Part shown: positions 10,027 through 20,500 of the stretch, one piece after another
How the letters are laid out: the number at the start of each line of letters is the position of its first letter
Numbering within the stretch: position 1 is the stretch's first letter
Virus record (IMG/VR): IMGVR_UViG_3300037067_027643
Coordinates: 96,001-160,000 of that record
Source: a virus
Lineage: Duplodnaviria > Caudoviricetes
DNA length: 64,000 nucleotides
Strand: one strand, 5' to 3'
The notes under the pieces: generated by a model
The model's database searches: none
The model's input: only the letters and a program-made list of their open reading frames with translations
What the model was told of the DNA's origin: nothing
Made by a program: the position numbers and the translations under genes

Positions 10027-11115
10027 TTATTTCTTGATAGATTCGATTCTTTTCAATTGTTGAGCGTGTTCTAACTGTTTTGCAAATTTATTTAACATTT
10101 GAATTTTCTTTTCCATTTCTGTAGATTTATGATTGATAAAGTTATTAACTCCATGTATAAATCCTTTTACCCAATCTATTAATTTTGATACTACATTAGC
10201 TTCGTTCTTTTTCTTTAATTCACCTTTTAATGATGGAGCTACTTTTGTAATTTTATAAGAAGTGTCTATCATCTTTTTAACAGATTCTATCATGTCTTTT
10301 GTTAATTCACTTTTATCTAACTGTTCCAAAAATGTATCCATTTTAAAATCTTTTCTTTCACTTTCTTTAGATAATGTAATTAACATTCTATTAGTTTCAA
10401 TTACTCTGGTATAAAGTTTATCTTCATCATTAAATATTTCTGATATATACTGCTTAATTTGTGGATCTATACTTTCTTTTAATATTTTTAGTTTATTTAA
10501 TTCAGTTACTATTTCTTCATATTGAGATACTATACGATTTACATAACCGGATTTTTGTTTATGAAGTTCGGCTATTACTTTACCCCCACCATTTTTAGCT
10601 TCTTTGACCAAATATTCGATATCAGTACTTCTGTTTTCATTTAATTTATTTTCTATTAAAGCTTCTACATGTATTTTATCAAATAATTTTTCATGTACAA
10701 CATCTGCTACAGCAGTATCACCTAATCCAGCATTTGGATATTTATCATATATTTTTTTATAAACTATACCAAACTTATCAATTAATTTATCTAACAAATT
10801 GGTAACAGTTTCACCTTCTTCTTGTGATTTACATAATAAAGCATATTTATTAACATTTGTTAAATACCATTCATTTTCTTCATTAATTATACATCTAACA
10901 ATATTCTCAATTATTTTTTCTATCGCTTCTTTTTTCATTTTCTTAGGTAATCCTTTCGTTGGTGTTTCGGCATAATCTTTAACATCTTTTTCTTTCATAT
11001 TATTAGCAACATCCTTTACATTCTTACTAACATCAGATGATTTAATATCACCTTTCTGAACTGCATGTACTACATTAAAGAATTTTTGTTGAGCTTTTGA
11101 AACTGCTGGACACAT
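10027..11115 (-). CDS. DUF3008-like N-terminal module fused to leader-tagged modules
   Basis: PAVSKAQQ...QKG...AETPTKGLP resembles DUF3008; then MKKEAIEKIIENIVRCIINE. Confidence 0.55.
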   Translation of the reverse strand: MCPAVSKAQQKFFNVVHAVQKGDIKSSDVSKNVKDVANNMKEKDVKDYAETPTKGLPKKMKKEAIEKIIENIVRCIINEENEWYLTNVNKYALLCKSQEEGETVTNLLDKLIDKFGIVYKKIYDKYPNAGLGDTAVADVVHEKLFDKIHVEALIENKLNENRSTDIEYLVKEAKNGGGKVIAELHKQKSGYVNRIVSQYEEIVTELNKLKILKESIDPQIKQYISEIFNDEDKLYTRVIETNRMLITLSKESERKDFKMDTFLEQLDKSELTKDMIESVKKMIDTSYKITKVAPSLKGELKKKNEANVVSKLIDWVKGFIHGVNNFINHKSTEMEKKIQMLNKFAKQLEHAQQLKRIESIKK

Positions 11116-11130
11116 ATTTGTTATTTCCTT

Positions 11131-11514
11131 TTACTTTATTGTATTAAAAATATAATCTGCTAAAACATGTCGCATTATTTCAAAGTGTAATACAGAACTA
11201 TCATGTGATGTTCTTGATTGAACATGTATTTTAAGCTTCTTAGTTAAATTATTTTCTATTCCTTGTACAAATACATCTAATGTATCTTTATCTTCCATTT
11301 CCTCTATTAATTCTAAGTCTCTATGTGTTTTTGGTGTAAGTGTAATTATAACTGTATCTGATTTTAAAATTAATCCAAATTGAAATGTAATCATACTATT
11401 ATTTATAGTCTTATATCTAAGATCTTCACTTTCATTTAATCTAATAGTTCTTTTAGACGATGAATTAATCATCATACAATCATTTTCAAGTAAGAATTCT
11501 TTTAGAGATGGCAT
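11131..11514 (-). CDS. putative internal head protein (short leader)
   Basis: MPSLKEFLLE resembles T4 capsid-targeting sequence MKTYQEFIAE. Confidence 0.55.
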   Translation of the reverse strand: MPSLKEFLLENDCMMINSSSKRTIRLNESEDLRYKTINNSMITFQFGLILKSDTVIITLTPKTHRDLELIEEMEDKDTLDVFVQGIENNLTKKLKIHVQSRTSHDSSVLHFEIMRHVLADYIFNTIK

Positions 11515-11541
11515 TTTATTTCCTTTTATTTTACTTTATTT

Positions 11542-12294
11542 TTATTCTAAACTATTAACAAATGATATAAAACTACTATCTCTTGTTAATTTTGAATATG
11601 CTTTTAACCATTTCATAAAAATTTGAAAATTAATTAATGGAAAATAGACATCTAAAGATTGTATTTTTTCATCACTTATTTTTATTTTACCAGTGTCAAC
11701 TCTCTCGTCAATATCTTTAATAATTTTATCTAATTTCAAATATTTATCTTCGCCAATTCTATTAAGTAGTCCAGTACATAATGATTCTTTTTCAATTAAT
11801 GTTTCATATATATAACTATGTCTAATTAAACTCTTAATTCTTAAAATATTTGTTCTTTTATCATCTTCTTTTAAAATCTTTCTTATTTTATTTTCTATCA
11901 AAGTTTCTAATGATTTAATCTTTTTACTTTCATTTACATTAGGAATAAAATAAATTATCTTTTTATTATTAAGTAATACAATATGCTTCTTATCATAGTT
12001 ATAATAAACAGAACAACAATAAGGTTTTCCTTTATTTATAGTTTGTGATATATAATCATACAATTCTACTCCACTTCTAAACTGTAATGTTGCTTTATCA
12101 TCATTATCAATAATATCAAATACTTGATACTGAACAGATTTATATAAACCCATCAAATCAGATAAAAACTTTTTCTCTTGCCATTCTGGAGTTCTTACAT
12201 TATCTTTATTTAATGTATCAATACTAGCTAAATTTTGATAATTCTTTGATTTACTTAAATCATCGATAGTTGGTAAAACCATATTTATTGCCAT
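11542..12294 (-). CDS. putative internal head protein (internal leader motif)
   Basis: SLETLIENKIRKILKE internal. Confidence 0.55.
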   Translation of the reverse strand: MAINMVLPTIDDLSKSKNYQNLASIDTLNKDNVRTPEWQEKKFLSDLMGLYKSVQYQVFDIIDNDDKATLQFRSGVELYDYISQTINKGKPYCCSVYYNYDKKHIVLLNNKKIIYFIPNVNESKKIKSLETLIENKIRKILKEDDKRTNILRIKSLIRHSYIYETLIEKESLCTGLLNRIGEDKYLKLDKIIKDIDERVDTGKIKISDEKIQSLDVYFPLINFQIFMKWLKAYSKLTRDSSFISFVNSLE

Positions 12295-12305
12295 GTTAAT
12301 TTCCT

Positions 12306-12899
12306 TTATTTTGTTTTAAAAGCTTTCTTTTTATTATTAACTGATTCTTTTTGAACATCTTTGATATCATAGTATCTATTTAAGATAGAACCAATGTTTT
12401 CAAAGTTTCCTTCCAATCTTTTTTGTAATATAGTAACATCCTTAGCTGTTTTCTCAAAGTTTTTTAAAGCGTCGTTTAACGACTTGAAGTCACGTTGAAT
12501 TGAGGAAATATCACTCCAATCATCTGTTTCTTCTAACGCGATTTGTTCAGCGAGTTTGCCTATTTGTAGCATCTCTTTACAGATTTCTTTCAAATTTCCT
12601 TCTCTATAAATAGATTCACTATACTTATTGAAATCGGCTACTGCTTCTCTAAAAGCATTTTTCATCTCTTTAGTAACCTCTTTACTTCCTTCTTCCTCTT
12701 GACCAAATAACAGTTTTTTCTTTTCCGTTGGTTTAGAGTCATTATCAACTGGTTTTCCTTCGTCATCCATTTCATACAATACCTTTCCATCCCAGCCACG
12801 CGCGTAAGATGGACCATCATTACCTGTTTTAATTCCATCTAAAAGACTGATATTTACTTCATTAAGAAGTGTTTTTAATTTTGTATCATTTTTTGCCAT
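12306..12899 (-). CDS. conserved head-module protein (possible prohead core component)
   Basis: KLKTLLNE leader, helical C-term ENIGSILNRYYDI; position in head module. Confidence 0.5.
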   Translation of the reverse strand: MAKNDTKLKTLLNEVNISLLDGIKTGNDGPSYARGWDGKVLYEMDDEGKPVDNDSKPTEKKKLLFGQEEEGSKEVTKEMKNAFREAVADFNKYSESIYREGNLKEICKEMLQIGKLAEQIALEETDDWSDISSIQRDFKSLNDALKNFEKTAKDVTILQKRLEGNFENIGSILNRYYDIKDVQKESVNNKKKAFKTK

Positions 12900-12915
12900 G
12901 ATTGTATTCCTTTTA

Positions 12916-13275
12916 TTATTTATATAATTTTAATATCTTATCTTTAAATTCATTCATTAATTGAATTATATCTATTAAATGATCACTATGTTTATCCATC
13001 ATAATCTGACCATATTCATTTTCTACCCACATAGCCATACTCCTTATAATATATTGATAGTGATAATGTCTGATTGCAGTTAATAAATCTCTATAATGTT
13101 TAAAATATTGTTCAAATGTTACTTTATTATTAGTAAACAAATCAAATGTTCTTCTATCAATTTGAAATAAATCTCTACATACTTCTACATAAGTCATCTC
13201 AGGAGTGATTCTAAATTCCTTTAAAATCTTCCTTACTTTATTTTCAATTAATATTTCTAATTCTTTTCGATTCAT
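12916..13275 (-). CDS. putative internal head protein (shared leader)
   Basis: MNRKELEILIENKVRKILKE. Confidence 0.6.
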   Translation of the reverse strand: MNRKELEILIENKVRKILKEFRITPEMTYVEVCRDLFQIDRRTFDLFTNNKVTFEQYFKHYRDLLTAIRHYHYQYIIRSMAMWVENEYGQIMMDKHSDHLIDIIQLMNEFKDKILKLYK

Positions 13276-13598
13276 TATGAATTCAACAATTTGCTGTTTA
13301 CTTTATTATTAATTTCATTTAATTTTTTAAACAAATTTTCAAAACCAAACTCTTTAGCCAATTCTATACTTTCATTAATATTACTTTGTATAGTCTTCAT
13401 AGCTTGTTTCTTTTTTGTAGATTCTGATAACTGTTTATTACTTGTTTTTAAATCGTCCTTTGTACCAATACCTAATCGTTTTAAAGTATCCATACTAATT
13501 GATGGTTGCTGTGAAGCTGCTGTTACTATTCTAACTCCACCAAACATTTCAAGTAATAGTTCGTCTTGTTTTTCTTTTAATTTATCTTTGTCGATCAT
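13275..13598 (-). CDS. hypothetical head-module protein
   Basis: AAGGAG SD, LLLE/LSE/INE sites. Confidence 0.55.
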   Translation of the reverse strand: MIDKDKLKEKQDELLLEMFGGVRIVTAASQQPSISMDTLKRLGIGTKDDLKTSNKQLSESTKKKQAMKTIQSNINESIELAKEFGFENLFKKLNEINNKVNSKLLNS

Positions 13599-13618
13599 TA
13601 TATTATTTCTCCTTGTAT

Positions 13619-13975
13619 TTATTTATTAGCTATAATTTTTTTTAATTTAAACGCATTTGCTTTAGTTTCAATATTATAAGTATTTTGTGCTGTTTCAAAC
13701 TCTTTATAAACTTTTATCCATCTATTATAATCTTCTTTTAATCTATTTAATAAATTTATCATATCCGAAGTTTTAAATAATTCTGGGTTTGATTTTAAAA
13801 TCGAAGTTAATTCTGTATGTAATTCTTTAACCCAAGGTACCCATTCAGAATCTTTACCAACATTTGATATAAGCATTACATTTAATATCTTAGTAATTTC
13901 TTTAGGATCCAAATTTTCTTTTAATATTTCTCTTACTTTATTTTCTATTAAAATTTCTAATTCTTTTTGTTTCAT
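13619..13975 (-). CDS. putative internal head protein (shared leader)
   Basis: MKQKELEILIENKVREILKE. Confidence 0.6.
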   Translation of the reverse strand: MKQKELEILIENKVREILKENLDPKEITKILNVMLISNVGKDSEWVPWVKELHTELTSILKSNPELFKTSDMINLLNRLKEDYNRWIKVYKEFETAQNTYNIETKANAFKLKKIIANK

Positions 13976-13992
13976 ATTTAATATTCCTTTAC

Positions 13993-14670
13993 TTAATTTA
14001 AATCTATCAAAATTTCGCTTATTAGTGTATTTACTCGATCATATTTATATGGAACTAGCAAACCCGTACTAGTCTTGACAAATCCTTCGTTAATCTGTTC
14101 TTTTACTGGATACATAAAGGCATTAATCGTGCTCGGATTAGAAACGAAGTCCCAACTAAGGATTTCAAAGTCATCTTGTACTTCAACTTGGTCATCATCT
14201 TCTTCATGTAATGGTTTCACACTTCCTAATCCTCTACTTGATATACCTATTGTCAATCCACGTTTTAAAACGGCTTCCACAATCCTACCGCATGGAGTAT
14301 CAAGTAATTCAATACGTCCATAAAGGTCATCTCCTGACCACCACAGTTTCTGTATCCAATGGGAGGCAGTCTGCATAGACACTACGCTAGTCGCTGGGTG
14401 ATCGAGCTCGCCGAAAGATCTTCGTTCTGTAACAAAGGTTTTAACATAATTGTTAGCTTCTCTTTCTAATATTCGCTTAGGATATTTTCTTCCATTTTGA
14501 TTAATAGCGTTTGCTCTTTGTAAAATTCCTTCTACAATCATTCCATGAACAAATTTATCATCTTTATAAACAGCTTCTGATATAATATTCTTACGAAATT
14601 TACCGCTACCAAAACTATCTACTATTAGTTCCTTTTTATTTTTTTGCTGTTGTATCTTATTATTATCCAT
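13993..14670 (-). CDS. prohead core protease (T4 gp21-like)
   Basis: NQNGRKYP, GELDHP, SH, GISSRGLGS, DFVSNPS catalytic motifs. Confidence 0.95.
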   Translation of the reverse strand: MDNNKIQQQKNKKELIVDSFGSGKFRKNIISEAVYKDDKFVHGMIVEGILQRANAINQNGRKYPKRILEREANNYVKTFVTERRSFGELDHPATSVVSMQTASHWIQKLWWSGDDLYGRIELLDTPCGRIVEAVLKRGLTIGISSRGLGSVKPLHEEDDDQVEVQDDFEILSWDFVSNPSTINAFMYPVKEQINEGFVKTSTGLLVPYKYDRVNTLISEILIDLN

Positions 14671-14695
14671 ATCTCAATATCCTTTTTCTTAATAT

Positions 14696-15031
14696 TTAAG
14701 AACCTAAATGTTTCATCTTTTGATTTAGTCTTGTTATTCTTTCTTGTATTCGATTAATTTTTTGCTTGGTCTGCTCCCAATAGTGATCTGAACTAACACT
14801 AGCTTCTTGTTTTAATCGTGAAGCATGTGTAGCAAGTCTTTCTATTTGCAAAAGTTTACTATTAATCTCAGAAATAGCTCTATTGACTTTCTTTCTTGGA
14901 GTATCATCATTTTCTGTTTTAAAGACTCCATAGCTTACTTCGTTTAAATCAACTTTATCTTGTTCTTGATGTTCAATTATGACTTTATTTACTATTTGTT
15001 CTATTAATTGTTCAAGTTCTGTTCTGTTCAT
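14696..15031 (-). CDS. putative internal head/core protein (shared leader)
   Basis: MNRTELEQLIEQIVNKVIIE. Confidence 0.6.
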   Translation of the reverse strand: MNRTELEQLIEQIVNKVIIEHQEQDKVDLNEVSYGVFKTENDDTPRKKVNRAISEINSKLLQIERLATHASRLKQEASVSSDHYWEQTKQKINRIQERITRLNQKMKHLGS

Positions 15032-15036
15032 AATTT

Positions 15037-15330
15037 CTATTTCCCTTGATTGTTTTTTAGGTATTCAACTATTGACATAAATATATTATGAAAATCTTTC
15101 ATATAATTTACTAATTTAGTATCATGTGTTTTGTCAAATTCGCGTTTTAGTAATGTATAACAGTTGATATAATGTTTATAGCATTGTTTAATTGTATCTG
15201 CTAAATGCACATCTTGTGATAAGGTAATAACACTTTCTAACAATGAATTTAATGATTCTTCATTAAGGTTTTCTGATACTATCGCTCTTACTCGATTTTC
15301 TATTAGTTTTTCTAATTCTTTTTGTTTCAT
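15037..15330 (-). CDS. putative internal head protein (shared leader)
   Basis: MKQKELEKLIENRVRAIVSE. Confidence 0.6.
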   Translation of the reverse strand: MKQKELEKLIENRVRAIVSENLNEESLNSLLESVITLSQDVHLADTIKQCYKHYINCYTLLKREFDKTHDTKLVNYMKDFHNIFMSIVEYLKNNQGK

Positions 15331-15338
15331 AATATTAT

Positions 15339-15992
15339 CTACTCCATACCAAACTTCTTAATCATATCTTTAAACTCTGCACTTTGTAAAAATTTAATTT
15401 CCTTATTTGGTAATTCTTTCCAAGTAACTCCTTTATTTTTTTCCAAATATTTCTTAGCTAATTTTAATTCAGCATCATTAGCGAATTTAATTGATTCTTT
15501 TTCTTTGTTTATTTTAGGTTGATAAAATTTAATTTTCTTCCCTGTTTGTGGATTAATAGTATTATCTTCTTTCTTTTTTGGTGTTTCTTTACTTTTAGCA
15601 TCTTTGGCTTTAGTACTATTTGGATGTTTTTCTATATAATCTTTCTGACCTTCTGCACCCAAATCATTCCACCAATCTTCATTCATTAATACTGTATTAG
15701 CCATTTCTTTTAACGTTCTTGTAACAACAGGAACCTCTCTTCCCTTATTATCTGCTTTTTCTTTCTTACCAACTCTAGTCATCCCACTCATATTAGATAC
15801 TTTATCATTAGTAGTAGATGAGAATGCCCCCGGAGTTTGATATCCGGGAACTCCCGCAGTAGTTGACATTTCATCTATATCGTCTTCTTCATTATCTTTT
15901 TTAATATCTTCTTTTTTAACTGTTCTCTTATTTTCAGATAATGCTTTGATAACTAAGTCTTCTATAATTTTATCTAATTCACTTCTTTTCAT
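15339..15992 (-). CDS. multi-module putative internal head protein (shared leader)
   Basis: MKRSELDKIIEDLVIKALSE; modules EMSTTAGVPGYQTP, EDWWNDL..QKDYIEKHPNS, NPQTGKKIK. Confidence 0.6.
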   Translation of the reverse strand: MKRSELDKIIEDLVIKALSENKRTVKKEDIKKDNEEDDIDEMSTTAGVPGYQTPGAFSSTTNDKVSNMSGMTRVGKKEKADNKGREVPVVTRTLKEMANTVLMNEDWWNDLGAEGQKDYIEKHPNSTKAKDAKSKETPKKKEDNTINPQTGKKIKFYQPKINKEKESIKFANDAELKLAKKYLEKNKGVTWKELPNKEIKFLQSAEFKDMIKKFGME

Positions 15993-16009
15993 TATATATT
16001 GTTCTCCAA

Positions 16010-16558
16010 TTAAAATTTATTATCATTTCTTAGTTGCTGTATTGTTTTTAATATATCAGATACATAATCTCTTTTTAATTTTAAATCATCATAACTAGGA
16101 AATGTACGACTTACATTTAAATCTTTATCATCTCGTTTCATTTTATCAATTTTATTAATAACCTTAGTCATAATAGCATTATCCTTTTGCATGCTTCTTA
16201 TTATTTTATCGCGTTTATCTCTTGACTGTTTTTTAATATGTTCAACTCCAACATTTATACCATCCTTATATGTCTTTCCAGTTGTATTATTTTCTATAGT
16301 ATCAATTAATTTATTTGTCTCACTACTTCCAATTTTATCAATTTTTTTATTTACTTTAGGATGTGTATCTTTAGCAACCATGTTCTTTGCTGTTTTGTAT
16401 ACAGGGGAATTTTTATCATAACTTAATGCCGTTGATAATTTTATATCTCTTCCTGTTTTTGGGTTTTTTATTGTTTTATCATAATCAGTTTCTGATAACA
16501 CTTTTTTTGTAATATCTTCTACTAACTTATTTAATTCACTTCTTTTAATTGTTGTCAT
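16010..16558 (-). CDS. putative internal head protein (shared leader)
   Basis: MTTIKRSELNKLVEDITKKVLSE; IKNPKTGRDIK module. Confidence 0.6.
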   Translation of the reverse strand: MTTIKRSELNKLVEDITKKVLSETDYDKTIKNPKTGRDIKLSTALSYDKNSPVYKTAKNMVAKDTHPKVNKKIDKIGSSETNKLIDTIENNTTGKTYKDGINVGVEHIKKQSRDKRDKIIRSMQKDNAIMTKVINKIDKMKRDDKDLNVSRTFPSYDDLKLKRDYVSDILKTIQQLRNDNKF

Positions 16559-16577
16559 GTTATAATATTTCTCCTTA

Positions 16578-17447
16578 TTATTTACTAATATTCTTTAATT
16601 CATCTATCAACTGATAAAATTTTAATAAGGCTACCACAGTTGAATCTTTAATCTGAGTCTTACTTTCTTTAATTAAATTGAGCTGGTTAAGTGTTTCTTT
16701 TAATTTTATCTTAATTACTTTATCATCTATCGTCTTAGCTACCTCTACCACCTGTTTTTTAATCTTTGGAATCTCTTTACAAATAAATTCTTTTAACTTT
16801 ACATTATCACTAATATTATTGATATATTCTCTTAATAGATTCTTCTGTTCATTATTTAAATTTTGATATTTCTTATTAAATATTTCCAACATTTTCTTAT
16901 ATGAAAACAACTGCATATCCCTATCTAATGAATCAAATTCTTTTGTTGTATTTTCTTTTATTGTTTCGACTGAGCTTTTATTCTTTTTATTATTTGTAAT
17001 ATGTTCTATCAAAGTAAATCTACTATCTACTATTTCTGTCGCTGGAACATTACCGATACAACTTTCAAATAACTGATATATAGAAGCTAGTTCTTTGTAA
17101 TTATTTATTTTAGCTTTTACAAATTCATTTATCTTATAACATTCATTAATTTTTTTAACTAAATTATATTTCTGTTTTCTTAGTTCATTGTTATTTAATG
17201 ATTTTCTTTGAGATATAACAGTTTCTATTAAATGAACAGCTTTATCTTGATTTCCTTCGTATTTAGTTTGAAGCAAAGTATTGTATAAATAATACTCTTT
17301 ACTAAGTTCAGAATTCTTTTTAAAAAATTCAGATAATATAGTTGTTGCTTTACATTGTACACCACTAAGTGTATCCGAAGCAATTTGTCTTACAAGTAAC
17401 TCAAATAAAATACCTGTGTTTTTAAATTTACTGTGCTTATTCTTCAT
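16578..17447 (-). CDS. conserved head morphogenesis protein (function uncertain)
   Basis: KHSKFKNTGILFELLVRQI N-term; lies between portal and protease with own late promoter. Confidence 0.55.
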   Translation of the reverse strand: MKNKHSKFKNTGILFELLVRQIASDTLSGVQCKATTILSEFFKKNSELSKEYYLYNTLLQTKYEGNQDKAVHLIETVISQRKSLNNNELRKQKYNLVKKINECYKINEFVKAKINNYKELASIYQLFESCIGNVPATEIVDSRFTLIEHITNNKKNKSSVETIKENTTKEFDSLDRDMQLFSYKKMLEIFNKKYQNLNNEQKNLLREYINNISDNVKLKEFICKEIPKIKKQVVEVAKTIDDKVIKIKLKETLNQLNLIKESKTQIKDSTVVALLKFYQLIDELKNISK

Positions 17448-17488
17448 ACCTTTTAATTTCCTTTATAAACAGAAATAGAATATATTTA

Positions 17489-17499
17489 TATAAATAGTA
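17489..17499 (-). promoter_or_regulatory. putative late promoter (ACTATTTATA)
   Basis: Recurrent motif. Confidence 0.65.
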
Positions 17500-17514
17500 A
17501 AAATTTTAATAAAA

Positions 17515-20500
17515 TTATTTTGTCTTTTTCTTTGTTTCGATTATGTCTTTTTTATCTTTTTTAAAATATTTTTCATCCAACTTATTTACCATCCTATTAA
17601 CTTGATTAATTTTACTTTCAATTGATAGTGGACTAACTTTATGATGATTTACTCTCAGTTCAGTATCCCTTTTATATCTTTTACCATCGTCTTTCTTTCC
17701 ATAAATATCATCAAAAGGTTCTGCTGCCGGTGATTTAGTAGATGGTTCTTTTTCTTTATTTCTATCTATATAATCTTTGTCTTCTTCAAATTTATAATCT
17801 CTCTTTCCTTCTTCCTCTTTTTCTTTGCTGTCTTTATCCAATTCCCAATTATTTGTTCCTTTACCATCTTGAGCGTCTTTCTTAGCTTTTAATGCTAACA
17901 TCTTTGGATCTTGCCCTGTTGTTTTTATTTGTTCTAATCTAAATTTAAATTTGGCATCTGTAATTAACTTTGATTTCATTTCCTTAGCCTGTTCATCACT
18001 CATATCCATTACATTTTCATAAATAAAATCAGAATCTAATAAATCTTTATCTAACATCTCTCCTGCTACTTCCATCTTTGCCTTCCACAGTTCTAACTGT
18101 TCTTTTTCGTATATCTTTGATGATGGTGTAAGAGATAATTTAAAATCCGCCATATCTTTCTGAGAAAATCCTTGAACATATAAATGAATCATTCCAATTT
18201 TATACAATTCACTTTCAATAAAACGTTGTACTCTCTCTGTACTCCTAGCAAAACGTAGATCTAAAGCAGCAACGCTACCTTTCGAACCCAGTTCATCGTC
18301 ATACCCAATAAAGGATTTAGGGACTTTCAATGCAGCTAACATACGATTCTTAATGTAATTAATATCTTCTATTCCGTCAAATGTAATCCCACCTAACTCT
18401 TCAATAGCAGTACCACTCTGTCCTCCACGTGTAGGTACATAGAAATCCTCTAAAAGATTTTGCATATTAAATTTTAGATTATAATTTCCTGTGTCTGGGT
18501 CCATATATGGAACTTTCTTAATCTTATTAAGAATATTATTCATATGACTATCAATTTCTTGTGGTGGTATTCCACCAACATCAATTTTAAATACTCTTTT
18601 AGCAGGCGCTCGCATTATCCTATTAATTAACATGGCGTCCTCCAAAAGGCAGTTGGATGTAGTGATACCGTTGACAATAAAATTATGTAAATCATTATCA
18701 ACTTCTATATCGTATACTTCTTCATTATTTAATTCTGTAATTAATTTTATTTTTTCTACTTTTTTATTATTAAATATTTTAGTAAAATGTGTTTTACTAA
18801 ATCCAAAACAAAATGCATACATAGTAGATATTGGACTTTTTCTTTCTCCCCATCCCTCGTAAGCCTTAGTTGGTGTATTAAATGTAATATTACTTACTGA
18901 CAATCCAGTTCGTTGAGCAATATGATGTAATTGAGTCAATAATAATTTATTAATGCCCCCAATTTGCCATCTATCATCTCCAACTTTACATCCATCTGCA
19001 TCGGCAAACCCAAGTAAAAATTCAGTTTGATATTCATTAGGTAATTCATAAATCCAAGAAGGTACAATTTTATTTTTAGTTCCAGTTCTAAAATCAAGAG
19101 ATATCATTAAATTTCTAAAATATAAAGAATTTATATTAAATGTATTATGAGATTTTTTCTTTTTTACTCCTTCTTTTCCACTCTTACATATAATTTTAGA
19201 AAAATCGATATATTTTTGACTCTTATCTCTTCTATCCCCGATACTAAAGCATACTGAAAATTTATCTAACCAACCATCACCCAACATAAAACCAAAGAAT
19301 CTAACAAACATTTTAAAATTATCTTTTAGATCTTTTTCATAGACTGCTTCGATATTAGATTCTCTTATATAAAGTTTCAATTGATTAATATCTACTTTAT
19401 ATTTATTACATATTTCAATAGCATCTTTATAAGGAATTCTACTATTATTTACTATTAATTTTTGTTGATATTTATTTATTTTATATTTTTCTACATACTC
19501 TGTATAATTCATATTATAGTTTATATGTAAATATTCACACATAGAATTTTTATGTTTAGTTCCATCTAATTCACATATATCATATATTTGTTCAAAAACA
19601 TCATCGTTAAAATTAGCATATAATAAATCAGGTAATATTAAATCGGGATATTTTATATCTTTTTCTTCTATACTATTATTTTCAAAATCACTTATTAGAA
19701 TATCATCGTTTACAGTTAAATCTTTTACTTGTTTATATGTACCATCTACTAACATTATAGGATGATAATCTGTAGCTTTAATTAATCTATGACTAGTTCT
19801 TATTTCGTATAATGTTTTTCTACCTGTTAATGCGTGATGTTTTACTTTTGTTGGTATATATTTATTTTCTTTATAATCATAACAATATATATCATCTCCT
19901 GGTTTTAAATCCTTTATTTCTGTATATCCTGTAGGTGTCCATACTTCGCTATCTCCCGATAAACATAGCTGTTCCCAAGCCTTCCTCGCTGGTTCGAGTA
20001 TGCTACGTCCATATGGTAGAAAATTCGAATCGCTAATCAACCTAAAATGGGCTATTTCGTACTCTTCAAAGTTCTGTATCTTACGACCTAACATAGAATT
20101 ATCAATTCCGAACGTTGGATCATATACAAACTTAATAGGACTCTTAGGATTGGTTATATCTTCTACCCTTACCATAGAATAAGTGGAAAGTGGTTGTACA
20201 TTTACTACTCCATATTTATCTACTACGTTGATCTTCAAGAACATATCACCGTATTTTACAAGCCCTCTCACCCAACTCCAAAGATTAAATTCAATGTTCA
20301 TTACATCATAGTATAAATTTTGAAGTACTTCTTGAACATTTTCGTTAGATGTTTTTATTCTAATAATATCACCATATTCATTCCTTTGGGAACAGTTATG
20401 ACAAAACAATTTACTTCCATCTTTTGTTTCAATTGCATATATATGACTATCTCCTACGTTTACTAAATCATAGGCATCTTGTTCGCCAATATCAGTTATA

